DNA of 64,000 nt from an uncultured virus (IMG/VR IMGVR_UViG_3300021089_000003) (Duplodnaviria; Heunggongvirae; Uroviricota; Caudoviricetes): IMG/VR virus record IMGVR_UViG_3300021089_000003; one strand, given 5' to 3'. Below, one piece after another: positions 29,301 through 36,979 of the stretch. Within the stretch, counting starts at the first letter, position 1, and each line of letters begins with the position of its first letter. Under the pieces are notes generated by a model. It was given only the letters and a program-made list of their open reading frames with translations. It was not told the origin of the DNA and searched no databases. The translations under genes and the position numbers were made by a program.

Positions 29301-32029
29301 ATAATATTGAAAATTTATCAAGCGAATACACTTATACTAATAAATTAGATACAACTAAAGATTATAACAGATATATAGGACACATTAAATTTACTTTACC
29401 GCCTGCTAATCTTCATGCTATTAAAATAGAGTACATGATAGACGCATCTAAATTACAAGCACAAGATAGAATTAATCTTTTCTATACACCTACATCAGGA
29501 ATGCCGGGTAAAGAATTAGCTCAGATATTAGATGGAATAGATTATGGTGGAGTTGAAGTAAGAAGTTTAGGATTTGATACTGCATCTGGTTGGGATACAG
29601 ATTCATATATGGCAGGTTCGTGGGATACCTATGATGCAACTTTTGAAGATGAAATTTTAAAAATGGATGGAAGTACTAATTCTCTTACATTAAGTAAAGC
29701 ACTAGAAGATGGAACAGTTTATAACATTTATAAAAATGCAATAAGAATAGATGATCCTAACTATGGAACAGGAAATACTGTAACAAATAAAAATGCAATG
29801 ATGCAAAGTGTTACAGGTGATGGGTCAACAATGACTATTACATTTGATACTGTACCAACAGTAGCTGGTGATGTAATTGTAGTTAGAAAATCTACTAGTG
29901 ATGGTAGTTTCTTACCAGATCCAGAAGCTTATGATACTTTATTGGCAGGTGGTGATTTAGCTTATTCATCTGCAACAGGATTAAAAGCAGAAGATATTAT
30001 AGTAGAAGGAGATGATTTTGTATCTCATACAACTTCAAAAGGTCCAGAAGAATTTGTACCAGGACAAGTACTTGATACTTTAGACATTCAAGTATACGAC
30101 AAAGGTGGAGAATCAGGAAGTAGAATTAATAGTTACAATCATACAGGAGATGGTGCAACTACAGATTATCCATTTAACGAATATCCACAAAGTTCGGATG
30201 CCGTATTTGTTTCGGTGAATAATATTTTACAAGAATCTAATACTTACGTTGTAGATTATCCTAATAAATTATTAAAATTTAATAATGCTCCTGCATTAAA
30301 TTCTAAAGTTAATTTTGTAACTATGAGTAATAATGGAGAAAAAGTCCTTGACTTTGATACATTTACAGGAGATGGTAGCACTTTAGATTATGTAACAAGA
30401 GCAACATGGATTGATAATAGCATAAACACGTTTGTTAGAGTAAATGGTCAATCAGTTTCTTACACTATTTTAAAATCAGACAGCTCTTATGCTGTACTAG
30501 ATAAAGTTGTTGTAAGATTTGCATCTGCTCCTCCGGCAGATTCAGTTGTTAATATAGTTGTATATGCAAGTGCTAGTCAAACATTTAGTGAAGTTACTGA
30601 AGATAATTTTACAGGTGATGGAAGTACTAATTATTTCCAATTAAGTCAAACACCATTTAACCAGAAACCTTTATCATTTAATACAGTTGTTAGAGTAGGT
30701 AATAATATTTTAAATGCTGGATTTACTAAAACATTTACAATAGATAATAATAGAGAATATGAATTTGAAACTTGGCAAGAAATTCCAGGATCTATACTTC
30801 CTGCAGATGTAAGAGCATTTTTAAATGGAGTAGAATTAGTACAAGGACAACAATATACTTGGAATTCAGGAACTACTAGTATAACACTTATAACTGGAGT
30901 GGGTGTCGCAGGCGACATTCTAAAAGTTTTTGCAATGAGTAATGGTCAATATACATTAAATGAAACAACTGGTGTAATTACATTTAGTAATGTTCCATTA
31001 GCTAATGATACAATTTCAGTTTATCAATTTAGTAATCATGACATAGCAAAAATAGAAAGAATTAATTATGACGTTGTTGCAAGATTAACTGTAACTGTAG
31101 GTACAGATGATTATTATATGTACAAACAATTAACTAATGGACTTATTAAATTAAGACAATTAGCCGAAGATGCTCAATATGTTTGGGTAACTCTTAATGG
31201 AGAACTATTAGCTCCTAGTGTAGATTACAAAGTTACAAATGATCAAATGTATTTGAAAATAAACAGATCATTGGCTACAAATGATGTTATAGATATTGTA
31301 CACTTTACAGCACCTAAATTTGTATCTAAATTTGGTTACAGACAATTTAAAGATATGATGAATAAAACTCATTACAAACGTTTAGGTAATACTAACAAAT
31401 ATCAATTAGCAACATCTCTTAAATGGACAGATCAAGAATTAGAACTAGAAAATGCAGTTGGTATAACTGAACCTAGTATAGCAGACAATAACCCTGGAGT
31501 ATTGTTTATTGAGGGAGAAAGACTAGAATATTTTGTTAAAACAGGCAATATACTTTCACAACTTAGACGAGGAACATATGGAACTGGAGTAAAAGATATG
31601 CATATTGTAGGTGCAGAAGTCCTAGATCAAGGACAGTTTCAAACTGTACCTTATAAAGATGAATTTTTAACTGAACAATATACAGCAGATGGCAGTACTA
31701 ATGCAATTACTATTGGATTTACTCCTAAATCTGCTAACGAATTTGAACTATTTGTAGGTGGTAAGAGGATGAGAAAGAATGATATTTCTGTATATGACTC
31801 AACACAAGGACAAGATAGTCCCGAAGCTGACGTTACTTCTCCTGCAGAATTTACTGTAGACGGAATAAGCCCAGTTGTAATACTTACAACAACACCTATA
31901 GCTGGCACAAAAATAATAACTATAAGAAAACTAGGTAAAAAATGGCAATCTGGCATTAAACCATTAAGTCAATCAGACAATGATATTGCTAGATTCTTGC
32001 GACAAAAGGAACTGGCTTTGCCGCAATAA
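17348..32029 (+). CDS. Giant 4893-aa virion structural protein (gp7-like wedge/fibre scaffold)
   Basis: Follows gp6; N-terminal FLPKYFRT; FG-GAP-like repeats, CBM5/12-like repeats, GSGY..P repeats and C-terminal TGDG.T repeats. Confidence 0.7.
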   Translation: MAYDKDQKEFPLPTGDETNSQRKTSEFLPKYFRTPVNEKFLHSTLDQLLSPGSVQKLTAFYGRKTSKAHTTSDVYVPEVSTDRENYKLEPATIIKDDLEQTVFYKDYIDYINQVKALGGNIDDHSILNKQEFYAWSPHIDWDKFYNFREYYWMPYGPLTVSIAGQQQNITSTYTVEVKNNVDSYAYLFTPDGLTQNPNLKLYRGQTYIFDISTAGLPFTIKTVRSLSDDHLYTNGVSAQKIESGLVAFQVPESAPDLLYYGASNDINVFGELRIYNISENTYINVEKDVIGKKTYTLNDGTELSNGMKVNFTGNVTPTKYATDDWYVEGVGTAIQLINEKDLEITSIYSKTFEVPFDTQNFDRVGFGTATTYAITKDYVVINKGSLDKNPWSRYNRWTHKSVIEESAKVNGEIPTFDESLRAKRPIIEFEAGLKLHQYGTKAKDSIDLIDTATTDVMSTIEGSTGYYADGVLLVDGMRVLFTADTDITVNNKIYTVKIITITSNGVATKQIALQEATDTTPTTNDVVLIKNGTTNIGKMYYYDGSKWKITQSKTKVNQSPLFDLFDDNGISYSDTTTYSSTNFVGNKIFSYKEGTGTNDTELGFPLTYQSVTNMGDIVFNFNLINETFSYQLVDELTTVNTNSGLLRKYSNLTIFEVVSGWETADVKISQKVIRQYDVSTQVNDFAVDVYERSGDLNDLDVKVFVNHKIKKVTTDYAINRINGIAYIRFTKDLTAGDIVILRTKSATKKNTNGYYEFPKNLESNPLNNKISTFTLGQVGDHVNSIVEEVPGFEGTSPGGNNLRDLGNISKYGRKFLQHSGLTNLAIYHLCNKETNIIKSIRYSQNEYSKFKRQFLEQAKDLGMDGTPANMVDEVLRRINKDKNKSMPFYFTDMLGSGGSKKISITVGDPGNPYYALTNVFSLSELSDKSVLVYKNDIQLLHGADYVFNSEGFIQIKTTLLKDDKLIIVEYDTTNGSYIPATPSKLGLYPKTMPAIYADTTVVTPAAGMNVIQGHDGSIEVAFNDYRDDIILELEKRIYNNIKVAYDEEIFDIHDFIPGHYRKTDYSLDAINKSLLTDFTNWLSYTGNIDYTENTYQTTYGSDPFVFNYGNMSSHDKKPLLGWWRGVYKQAYDTDRPHTHPWEMLGFTEKPTWFDTVYGAAPYTSDNLILWQDLQDGIIREPNKNIVIKENYKRPDLLKHIPVNSSGLLVSPHDSNFSQEYVAHLTRSPFKFGDHAPVENAWRRSSDYRFAVITSWMLNQPSHVITIAWDRSRVIRNTAKQLVYKDTGSRIKLADLKFPNSVSDENKILTAGLVNYIYEYVETDLLTNYSNYRNNVKKITNQLAFKVRGYTKKDKFKLLLDSRTPLNTGNVFVPEENYNIILNTSAPINVVTYSGLIIEKLASGFTIKGYDRNDPTIKYFAPIKKQADAVIRIGGVSASFVNWGENKRYDIGMIAKYGDDYYSTKEQHISSTVFDGTKFIKLQELPIEGGASAYLRTNFESTASEIAYGTLFREIQDVFDFILGYGKYLESLGFIFDEFNRDIKAVANWQLSAKEFLYWTTQGWAEGSVISLSPLANKLKLKTSYCVGDNVFDNFYDYTLFKEDGTKLDKEFVRVVKQYNDYEIITKNTVNGIYYAKIPLVQKEHVVVIDNKTIFSDIIYDIESGYRQDRLKVLGYVTADWTGGLNVPGFIYDQANVIEWSPYTDYVMSDIIKHKEFYYTAKSKIKGSSTFTDSDWDKLDGKPVPDLFPNFEYKTNQFADFFDLDTDNFDSTQQRMAQHLIGYQKRPFLQNIINDDVSQYKFYQGYIQEKGTKNVLTKLFDALSSADKESVDFFEEWAIRKGHYGVSQGFEEVEYILDEGKFRSNPQPFELTNTIDPLATDLVIRQKDSDVYLKPENYTHKPFPTKYESTPYLPTAGYVDPSDVKFIVAKYDDLLNLDTTVLKQGHYIWVGNYKNDWEVFKFSNTQAKLSKIEKSGDLIVVTTQNTANVIVGEIFAIREGTSTYILKANKVELNVITCDAKTGIQAKDPAVGYVSQFKSSRIAGITDVNSKIIDAGLQDNEKFWVDKNDNNKWSVLNNSFVYKTHQEISNPNNVANTQFGKVLASNDANNILVVGAPNDSDGRVFVYKRGGDNSINNLFQVLETPPQDPALNKLDVYDAGAKFGSSVAISPDGKYIIVGAPEASNVRTYYKGEYDVANSYTIEDIVKYKEQLWKVVNPILPEDPSVDFTTFDSHTFAKETTYNSITGNYTPLTQIILGNYIFTNATTDHLLIRASLDQYQGTNIGDKLQLSWNKWNTFVPPSGSSYEPFNGYNANVTNALQGEQTITQKVDEILSIDQTLSDLTVNDVIKTDSADGTVAWVNKVGTQSLIYLKDVKGNFSATGDLLLGTINVGTYQRVFQEDIDYLGGWWKIDIGTTVNNWPYVSETNPYLVIYDIIRQGINRTALSYYNVLSGTQNADLPGVPRTSEMGILSYYKTYSIAGQPVFQGLVTDQRFFFRLGTAFNTKVVGNTINGWLNTIRDSNNIVFDPSVMGLNFSDINKELTINGIWNGYITVDAEADNLGNFYIPTVGSIVRDQTTMKTAEVTFVKTIDFNKIQLFLKDATGAFKKGLDAGETSDIYLIGTPDRKIGTLRDARLDVNGQSGPYFVFDSGKTLISTTNTDIEVRHYDKEYWFYDEQILDGIARSANIPGSTNKDYLQVYNISAGEGVQSGNTNQGAYSVYEIGTNDLFAHIGTFIVPDTKNDLKVGSKIEIRKVGDETVAYIGASGNLSSTTSGKIYFVKRSTTKNWALSTNPLYMGEFNVTLSYATGEYTIYNSELYKAKTNLVAGAWNSSYWEKQSTGTDYLGYIPNDSGITLEGDSTLNQSNLVMFGDQFDVNSTGTILVTNLLYSTDAQKVAVYRLQEGYYSYSQTITSPEDSSPNINFANSVAISEDGSMLSIGSPLKDFANAVDAGVVYTYLQSSGVYTLNQSLRSPDSENSENFGYQLGFDGNTLAVTSLKGDITITTAFDTTTTIFDTGATTFYKVMSDSGAVHLFERSGNTLLYAEKFVYTNDGAVEFGRNTLINDNHVYIGLPTLTLSDNNKGTVVDFRKTKGKSSWMQTVEGADHVEIDKIKSVFIYNKETNSVISNLDYIDPVLGKIAGTAEQELYYKTHYDPAIYNVGTSAVTIDTNNHWAEGEVGRLWWDLSTVRYYYPYQGNIIFNNNHWNKQFIGSSVDVYEWVESIYKPSVWTEIASTNEGDSLGISGTPKYDDTVYVTRNTYDKIAQTTKPKYYYWVKNKQNTPDVEFRSLSALAVSKLIDDPKGQGYKYITFFDSNKFALVNCESLLSNTDSILNVRYWTIDNKELNIHNEYQIMTEGLSTSKPSTEIEKVWYNSLIGYDKQGNTVPDPGLSDKLKYGTLYKPRQSWFKNHQEALKELIERTNSVLKLNLIVDDIDLTDLSKADVQPTANTKLFDKTADVVGDLAFIGTSTVKKAELLPTIVNGKITGVTILSKGKGYVTVPTLEISGNSGSGAVIELTIDALGQVDTATVKINGEGYTSNTKIIVRQYSVLVKSDTELGGKWAIYGYDSNLSSWNRTSSQKYNVDLYWSYIDWYDTGYNQFTAIDYTVSESYLLESLDDSIGDIVKIENIGTGGWLLLEKIDNKPNVDYTVNYKTIGRQNGTITFKNTLYQFGSNTVGYASTSYDTVLYDRQPVQETRIILETLRDKIFINDLEIYYNDLFFASLRYALSENKLTDWAFKTSFIKVKHNAGDLKQKATYQNDNLSDFEEYIKEVKPYKTNIREYVSSYEKVIPSSSVITDFDLPARYDDENQITPSSAKLVGTALTGTDTITSYPDKHWLENVGFKIISFNIGDKGSGYITPPIVSITGGGGSGATAQAYISGGKVTSVIILKEGLGYLTAPTVTLQGGIKDATTGTVAKVSAVLGKSLVKATHLTVKFDRTSGTYLITSLARTETFAGNNSVLDYYLKWPLDLRRNTIKVTVNNIENLSSEYTYTNKLDTTKDYNRYIGHIKFTLPPANLHAIKIEYMIDASKLQAQDRINLFYTPTSGMPGKELAQILDGIDYGGVEVRSLGFDTASGWDTDSYMAGSWDTYDATFEDEILKMDGSTNSLTLSKALEDGTVYNIYKNAIRIDDPNYGTGNTVTNKNAMMQSVTGDGSTMTITFDTVPTVAGDVIVVRKSTSDGSFLPDPEAYDTLLAGGDLAYSSATGLKAEDIIVEGDDFVSHTTSKGPEEFVPGQVLDTLDIQVYDKGGESGSRINSYNHTGDGATTDYPFNEYPQSSDAVFVSVNNILQESNTYVVDYPNKLLKFNNAPALNSKVNFVTMSNNGEKVLDFDTFTGDGSTLDYVTRATWIDNSINTFVRVNGQSVSYTILKSDSSYAVLDKVVVRFASAPPADSVVNIVVYASASQTFSEVTEDNFTGDGSTNYFQLSQTPFNQKPLSFNTVVRVGNNILNAGFTKTFTIDNNREYEFETWQEIPGSILPADVRAFLNGVELVQGQQYTWNSGTTSITLITGVGVAGDILKVFAMSNGQYTLNETTGVITFSNVPLANDTISVYQFSNHDIAKIERINYDVVARLTVTVGTDDYYMYKQLTNGLIKLRQLAEDAQYVWVTLNGELLAPSVDYKVTNDQMYLKINRSLATNDVIDIVHFTAPKFVSKFGYRQFKDMMNKTHYKRLGNTNKYQLATSLKWTDQELELENAVGITEPSIADNNPGVLFIEGERLEYFVKTGNILSQLRRGTYGTGVKDMHIVGAEVLDQGQFQTVPYKDEFLTEQYTADGSTNAITIGFTPKSANEFELFVGGKRMRKNDISVYDSTQGQDSPEADVTSPAEFTVDGISPVVILTTTPIAGTKIITIRKLGKKWQSGIKPLSQSDNDIARFLRQKELALPQ

Positions 32030-32032
32030 ATA
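32027..32032 (+). promoter_or_regulatory. Late promoter TAAATA overlapping the stop codon
   Basis: Followed by a GGAG SD and ATG 32055. Confidence 0.5.
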
Positions 32033-32054
32033 CACATAACGAACTGGAGCGTAA

Positions 32055-32666
32055 ATGAACAATATTAAAGAAAACAGCGGCGTCTTACTTCAAGGGCATA
32101 TTAAGATACATGATCCCGATTCGGGCCATGTGTTCATTAATAAAAGAAACGCCATACACTATGAAAATATGAGTCAAGCACTAGCAGATAGTCTTGCTAA
32201 TGCTGGTCAAGGATTCATAAATTCTATGGTATTTGGTAACGGTGGAACGTCCATCGATCCAACTGGTATTATTACATATCTAACGCCTAATTCAACAGGA
32301 ACTAATGCTAGTCTATATAATCAAACATTTACTAAAATAGTTGATGATAGATCAGTATCAAATTTAGATCCATTAAGAAATAAACTTGAAACAAGACACG
32401 TTAATGGAACAAATTATACAGATGTGTTAGTTACTTGTTTGTTAGATTATGGTGAGCCAAGCGGACAAGATGCAGTAGATAATTCTAGTAATGTAGACGG
32501 ATTATACGTATTTGACGAATTAGGTTTAGTAAGTTACTCCCCTAGTGGTACTGGAAATCTACTTACTCATGTAGTATTCCATCCTGTCCAAAAAAGTTTA
32601 AACAGATTAATTCAAATAGATTATACTGTTAGAGTACAAAGTTTGACAGGATTTAACGAGGGGTAA
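32055..32666 (+). CDS. Virion structural protein (baseplate/fibre attachment)
   Basis: GHIKIHD, KRNAIH, YVFDELGL, THVVFHPVQKS; located in the tail module. Confidence 0.55.
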   Translation: MNNIKENSGVLLQGHIKIHDPDSGHVFINKRNAIHYENMSQALADSLANAGQGFINSMVFGNGGTSIDPTGIITYLTPNSTGTNASLYNQTFTKIVDDRSVSNLDPLRNKLETRHVNGTNYTDVLVTCLLDYGEPSGQDAVDNSSNVDGLYVFDELGLVSYSPSGTGNLLTHVVFHPVQKSLNRLIQIDYTVRVQSLTGFNEG

Positions 32667-32669
32667 TAA

Positions 32670-34679
32670 ATGTCATATACGGTTAATTTTTCTGATAGCG
32701 TAAGCAAAGGCAGTATTACTGTAGAAGATAATACGGTCAATCAAGAAACGAGTATTTCGTTACCAGGAAAATCTACAACTTCTTATGGAACAGTAATAGC
32801 TGAAAACTTTTTGCATTTATTAGAAAATTTTGCAAAAAGCTCTGCTCCAGTAAGACCATTAGAAGGTCAATTATGGTTTGATACTACAGTAGGAACTAAT
32901 CAATTAAAAGTATATGATGGAACTAACTGGGTAGCAAGTGGCGGTTTAAAAAAAGCATTAAATCAGCCAGCGGCTAGTGAAAGTATTACAGGTGACCTTT
33001 GGGTAGATACCGACAATCAACAATTATATCTTTTTACAGGAACAGGTTGGATTTTAATAGGTCCAGAATATAGTTCAGGATTATCAACAGGAGCAAAACC
33101 TGTAACAATTACAGGTACTGATGATGCTTCACATACAGTTGTACAACTGGAAGTTAATGCTAAACCAATTGCCATCATAGCAACAGATTCATTTACACCT
33201 AAATCAACTATTACAGGTTATACAACAATTAACCCAGGATTTAATTTAAGTACAGCAGATATAACAGGTGCAGGTGTAGGAAAATTTTATGGAACAGCCG
33301 AGAAGGCAGAAAATCTTATAGTAGGCACAACATCAGTTGCCGCAAGTAATTTTTTAAGAGCAGACACAACTAACATTGCAAATTTTCAACTTAAAGTTAA
33401 AAATGATTCAGGAATTGAAGTAGGCTCTAGCGGAACGTTTTCCGTAGGAGTAGAAGGACAAGCAGGAATAGTAGAACATAAAACATCTGGTTCACATATA
33501 GATTTTAGAGTTAATAATCAAGGCACAACAACTGCAATAATGAGATTAGACTCTTCTTCTAAAGTAGGAATTAATAATTTAGCTCCTACAGAGGCTTTAG
33601 ATGTAATAGGTAATATTAAATCAAGTGCTAATGTACTTGCAGATGGTACTACAGATGCAACGTCAATAGGAACAGGTTCTTTAATTGTTAAAGGTGGAGC
33701 AGGTGTTGCCAAAAGTCTTTACGTAGGTACTAATCTTAATGTTGTAGGAGGAGTTACAGCAGGTTCTATTGTGCCAACTGCTAATAATACAGATAGTTTA
33801 GGAGCAACTAATAATCAATATTTAAATGTATATGCTAACAATTTTGTAGGAAATTTTACAGGTAACGTTAGTGGTACAGTTAGCGGAACTGCAGGTTCGG
33901 CTAATAAATTATCTACAGCAACTACTTTTGCAATGACTGGAGATGTTTCAGCAACATCAATTACTTTTGATGGTCAAACAGGTGGAACTACAAAAACTTT
34001 TAATACTTCTGTAAGTAATAGCTTTATTGCAGATAAAACTTTAACAACAACACCACAGGCAACAGATGAAATTATACTTAATAGAACTACAGGCACAACA
34101 GGTGTTTTTAAAATTACAGCAGATCAATTTTTATCTTCTGTAGCAACACCACCAATTGGATCTATGATGTCTTATGGAGGAGCTAATGCTCCATCTAGTT
34201 GGTTATTGTGTGATGGTAGTGAAGTGTCGAGATCAACTTATGCCGCTTTGTATGCCGTAATAGGAACTCAATTTGGAACACCTAGTAATGCTAGTTTGTT
34301 TAAAGTTCCAGATTTAAGAGGAAGATTCCCATTAGGTGCAGATAATATGGGAGGAGTAGAAGCTGGACGTGTAACAGATACAACAGCAGATAATTTAGCA
34401 GGATATAGTGGTACAGAGATGAAAACACTTGTTTCTACAAACTTACCAGATCACCAACACAATATGAAATCAACTAATAATGATCAATTTTATGGAATAA
34501 GAAATATAACAGCAACGCCTTCAGATCCAGCAGTAATTGTATATGATGGACCAACAGGTTCTAATACAGCTCAAGCAATGCCTAATTCAGGTGGAGTAGA
34601 TGGAACTGTAGGACAAGGATTTAGTGTTATGAATCCATATCTAGTAATTAATTACATAATTTATACAGGAGCCGCGTAA
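32670..34679 (+). CDS. Tail fibre with C-terminal tail-collar domain (gp10/gp12-like)
   Basis: PIGSMMSYGG..APSSWLLCDG..SRSTYAALYAVIG..FKVPDLRGRF; ends MNPYLVINYII. Confidence 0.85.
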   Translation: MSYTVNFSDSVSKGSITVEDNTVNQETSISLPGKSTTSYGTVIAENFLHLLENFAKSSAPVRPLEGQLWFDTTVGTNQLKVYDGTNWVASGGLKKALNQPAASESITGDLWVDTDNQQLYLFTGTGWILIGPEYSSGLSTGAKPVTITGTDDASHTVVQLEVNAKPIAIIATDSFTPKSTITGYTTINPGFNLSTADITGAGVGKFYGTAEKAENLIVGTTSVAASNFLRADTTNIANFQLKVKNDSGIEVGSSGTFSVGVEGQAGIVEHKTSGSHIDFRVNNQGTTTAIMRLDSSSKVGINNLAPTEALDVIGNIKSSANVLADGTTDATSIGTGSLIVKGGAGVAKSLYVGTNLNVVGGVTAGSIVPTANNTDSLGATNNQYLNVYANNFVGNFTGNVSGTVSGTAGSANKLSTATTFAMTGDVSATSITFDGQTGGTTKTFNTSVSNSFIADKTLTTTPQATDEIILNRTTGTTGVFKITADQFLSSVATPPIGSMMSYGGANAPSSWLLCDGSEVSRSTYAALYAVIGTQFGTPSNASLFKVPDLRGRFPLGADNMGGVEAGRVTDTTADNLAGYSGTEMKTLVSTNLPDHQHNMKSTNNDQFYGIRNITATPSDPAVIVYDGPTGSNTAQAMPNSGGVDGTVGQGFSVMNPYLVINYIIYTGAA

Positions 34680-34680
34680 G

Positions 34681-36960
34681 ATGGGGTATAAACTTAATAG
34701 AACAGATGGAAGTTTATTAGTAGATTTAATCGATGGTCAAATCGATACTACATCTAGCGACTTAACTTTAATTGGTAGAAATTATACTGGCTTTGGTGAA
34801 GTATTAAATGAAAATTTTATCAAAGTATTAGAAAATTTTGCTAATACAACTGCTCCTGCAAATCCTATTAAAGGTCAACTTTGGTATGACTCTTCAGAAA
34901 ATAAATTAAAAATTTATAATGGAACAGCTTTTGTATCCGGTGGCGGAACAACTGTTGCAACTACACAACCTAATATGGTTGCAGGTGATCTATGGATTGA
35001 TAGTTCTAAGCAACAAATGTATTTCTTTGATGGAACAGTTCTTAAATTAGTTGGTCCAGATTATTCACTTGCACAAGGTACATCAGGTTGGGAAGTAGTA
35101 TCAATTTTAGATACACAAAATCAAACAAGAACTGTTATTAAGTTTTCTATTCAAGGTTCACTTGTAGGTGCTTGGGCTAATGTAGACTTTACTCCAGTAC
35201 CAACTCAACAAATAACAGAACTAATTAATGCAACTACTAATCCTAGTGGTGCAATATACAAAGGCTTTAATGCTGTACAAGATTCTTTTATATATAGAGG
35301 CGTAGTTTCTAAAGCACAAAATTTAACTAATGCGGCAGGTACACCAAGAACTGGTGATCAATATTTGTATGCAGATGCTAACGATACAACTACAGGTTCA
35401 ATAACTGTTCAAAATAATGCAGGAGTTATTGTTGGTTTAAACAATAATACTCAATTAAAATTTGATTCAAACGCATTTACTATAGAAAACGTATTAACTA
35501 ATCAAGATTTTAATTTAAAAGTACGTAATCCTACAGCAACATCGGCAATTAAAGTTGATGCTACTAATAGCTATGTAGGAATATTTCAAGCAACACCAAC
35601 TAAAACACTAGACGTAGGTGGTGACGTAAACATTTCAGGAAATCTTACAGTAAGCGGAACACAAACTAATATTTCTGTTACTAATTTACAAGTTAAAGAT
35701 AAAAATATTGAATTAGCAATAGATGATGCAGGAGTTTTTGGAGATGATACTGCGGCGGATGAAGGAGGTATAATTCTTAAATCCACTGGAGGTGATAAAC
35801 AATTTATTTGGTCAGATGGCACAGATAGTTGGACGTCAACAGAAAATATAGATTTAGCAGTAGGAAAAACATTTAAAGTTAATACAAATATTGTATTATC
35901 AGAAAATACATTAGGATCTCAAGTAGCAAATTCATCTTTAACAAATTTAGGAACGTTAACTGCACTTCAAGTTGATGAAATAATAATAGATGGTTTAACT
36001 ATTGAAGCAGATAGTAGTAATGCATCAAATAAAATTCAACTTAAAAGTCCACAACCTATTACAATTATGGATAGCCAAAGAATTACAGGACTTGGCACAC
36101 CATCAGATCCATCCGATGCAGTAACTAAAGCATATGTAGACGGAAGTGTATCTGTTGGAATAGAATTAGATATTTCAGGACAAGGGTCAGGAACTACTTT
36201 ATGGGATTGGATATGTAAAGTATTAGAAGATTTATATCCTGCAAAAGGATATTCTGCATTGAGTACACCTAATGCTTGGTCCACTTATGCTCAACCAAAC
36301 GGTGAACCACCATTAAACACAAATGTCACGGCGGCTAACGCAGTTCCAATAGGATCTAAATCTCATGGAGTATTAGCAAGAGTTCGTACAGTTGATTATG
36401 GATCAGGTGGAGCAGTATCGGGTATTAATGTAGATGGTGTAAAATTAATAGACTATTCACCAGTTGATCAAACAGTTACAGCCGCACAAAGAACTATTAA
36501 TGCTGTTCAAACAGGTATTGATGATGTTAGTTTAGGACAAACTACTAAACTTACTATGACTGTCTCTCACTATTATGAGGCAGGTCAGGCAGTTGTAGTT
36601 TCAGGAACAACGTTTGGAGCGGGTCCTGTTGCAAATATTGATGGTAATTATACAGTACAGGCGGCAGAATTTACTGCTGAATATCCTAATTTCGTTTCAC
36701 TAACTATAGATTTAGATGGTAGTGGTACAGGACTAAACTTTGCAGGTGGTAATTATAACGCTAACAGTGGTACAATTCAAAGAACACCTGTTGTGGGTAA
36801 TGCAAATAAACAAGTTGTAGAGGATATTACATTTACAACTGCTTCAGGAAACATAGGATTTACACCAACAAGGAGTTTATTACAGTTTATAGTTAATGAT
36901 TCTAGTGGTAATGGTACAGGAGCATGGGAATACGATAGAACACTTACACACTCTACGTAA
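34681..36960 (+). CDS. Tail fibre paralog 2
   Basis: Shares the N-terminal ENF..LENFA..GQLW(Y/F)D domain with its neighbours; DAVTKAYVD fibre motif. Confidence 0.75.
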   Translation: MGYKLNRTDGSLLVDLIDGQIDTTSSDLTLIGRNYTGFGEVLNENFIKVLENFANTTAPANPIKGQLWYDSSENKLKIYNGTAFVSGGGTTVATTQPNMVAGDLWIDSSKQQMYFFDGTVLKLVGPDYSLAQGTSGWEVVSILDTQNQTRTVIKFSIQGSLVGAWANVDFTPVPTQQITELINATTNPSGAIYKGFNAVQDSFIYRGVVSKAQNLTNAAGTPRTGDQYLYADANDTTTGSITVQNNAGVIVGLNNNTQLKFDSNAFTIENVLTNQDFNLKVRNPTATSAIKVDATNSYVGIFQATPTKTLDVGGDVNISGNLTVSGTQTNISVTNLQVKDKNIELAIDDAGVFGDDTAADEGGIILKSTGGDKQFIWSDGTDSWTSTENIDLAVGKTFKVNTNIVLSENTLGSQVANSSLTNLGTLTALQVDEIIIDGLTIEADSSNASNKIQLKSPQPITIMDSQRITGLGTPSDPSDAVTKAYVDGSVSVGIELDISGQGSGTTLWDWICKVLEDLYPAKGYSALSTPNAWSTYAQPNGEPPLNTNVTAANAVPIGSKSHGVLARVRTVDYGSGGAVSGINVDGVKLIDYSPVDQTVTAAQRTINAVQTGIDDVSLGQTTKLTMTVSHYYEAGQAVVVSGTTFGAGPVANIDGNYTVQAAEFTAEYPNFVSLTIDLDGSGTGLNFAGGNYNANSGTIQRTPVVGNANKQVVEDITFTTASGNIGFTPTRSLLQFIVNDSSGNGTGAWEYDRTLTHST

Positions 36961-36967
36961 AAAAGGA

Positions 36968-36973
36968 TAAATA
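36968..36973 (+). promoter_or_regulatory. Late promoter TAAATA, 6 nt before ATG 36980
   Basis: Intergenic ATAAATA. Confidence 0.55.
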
Positions 36974-36979
36974 TTTAAA

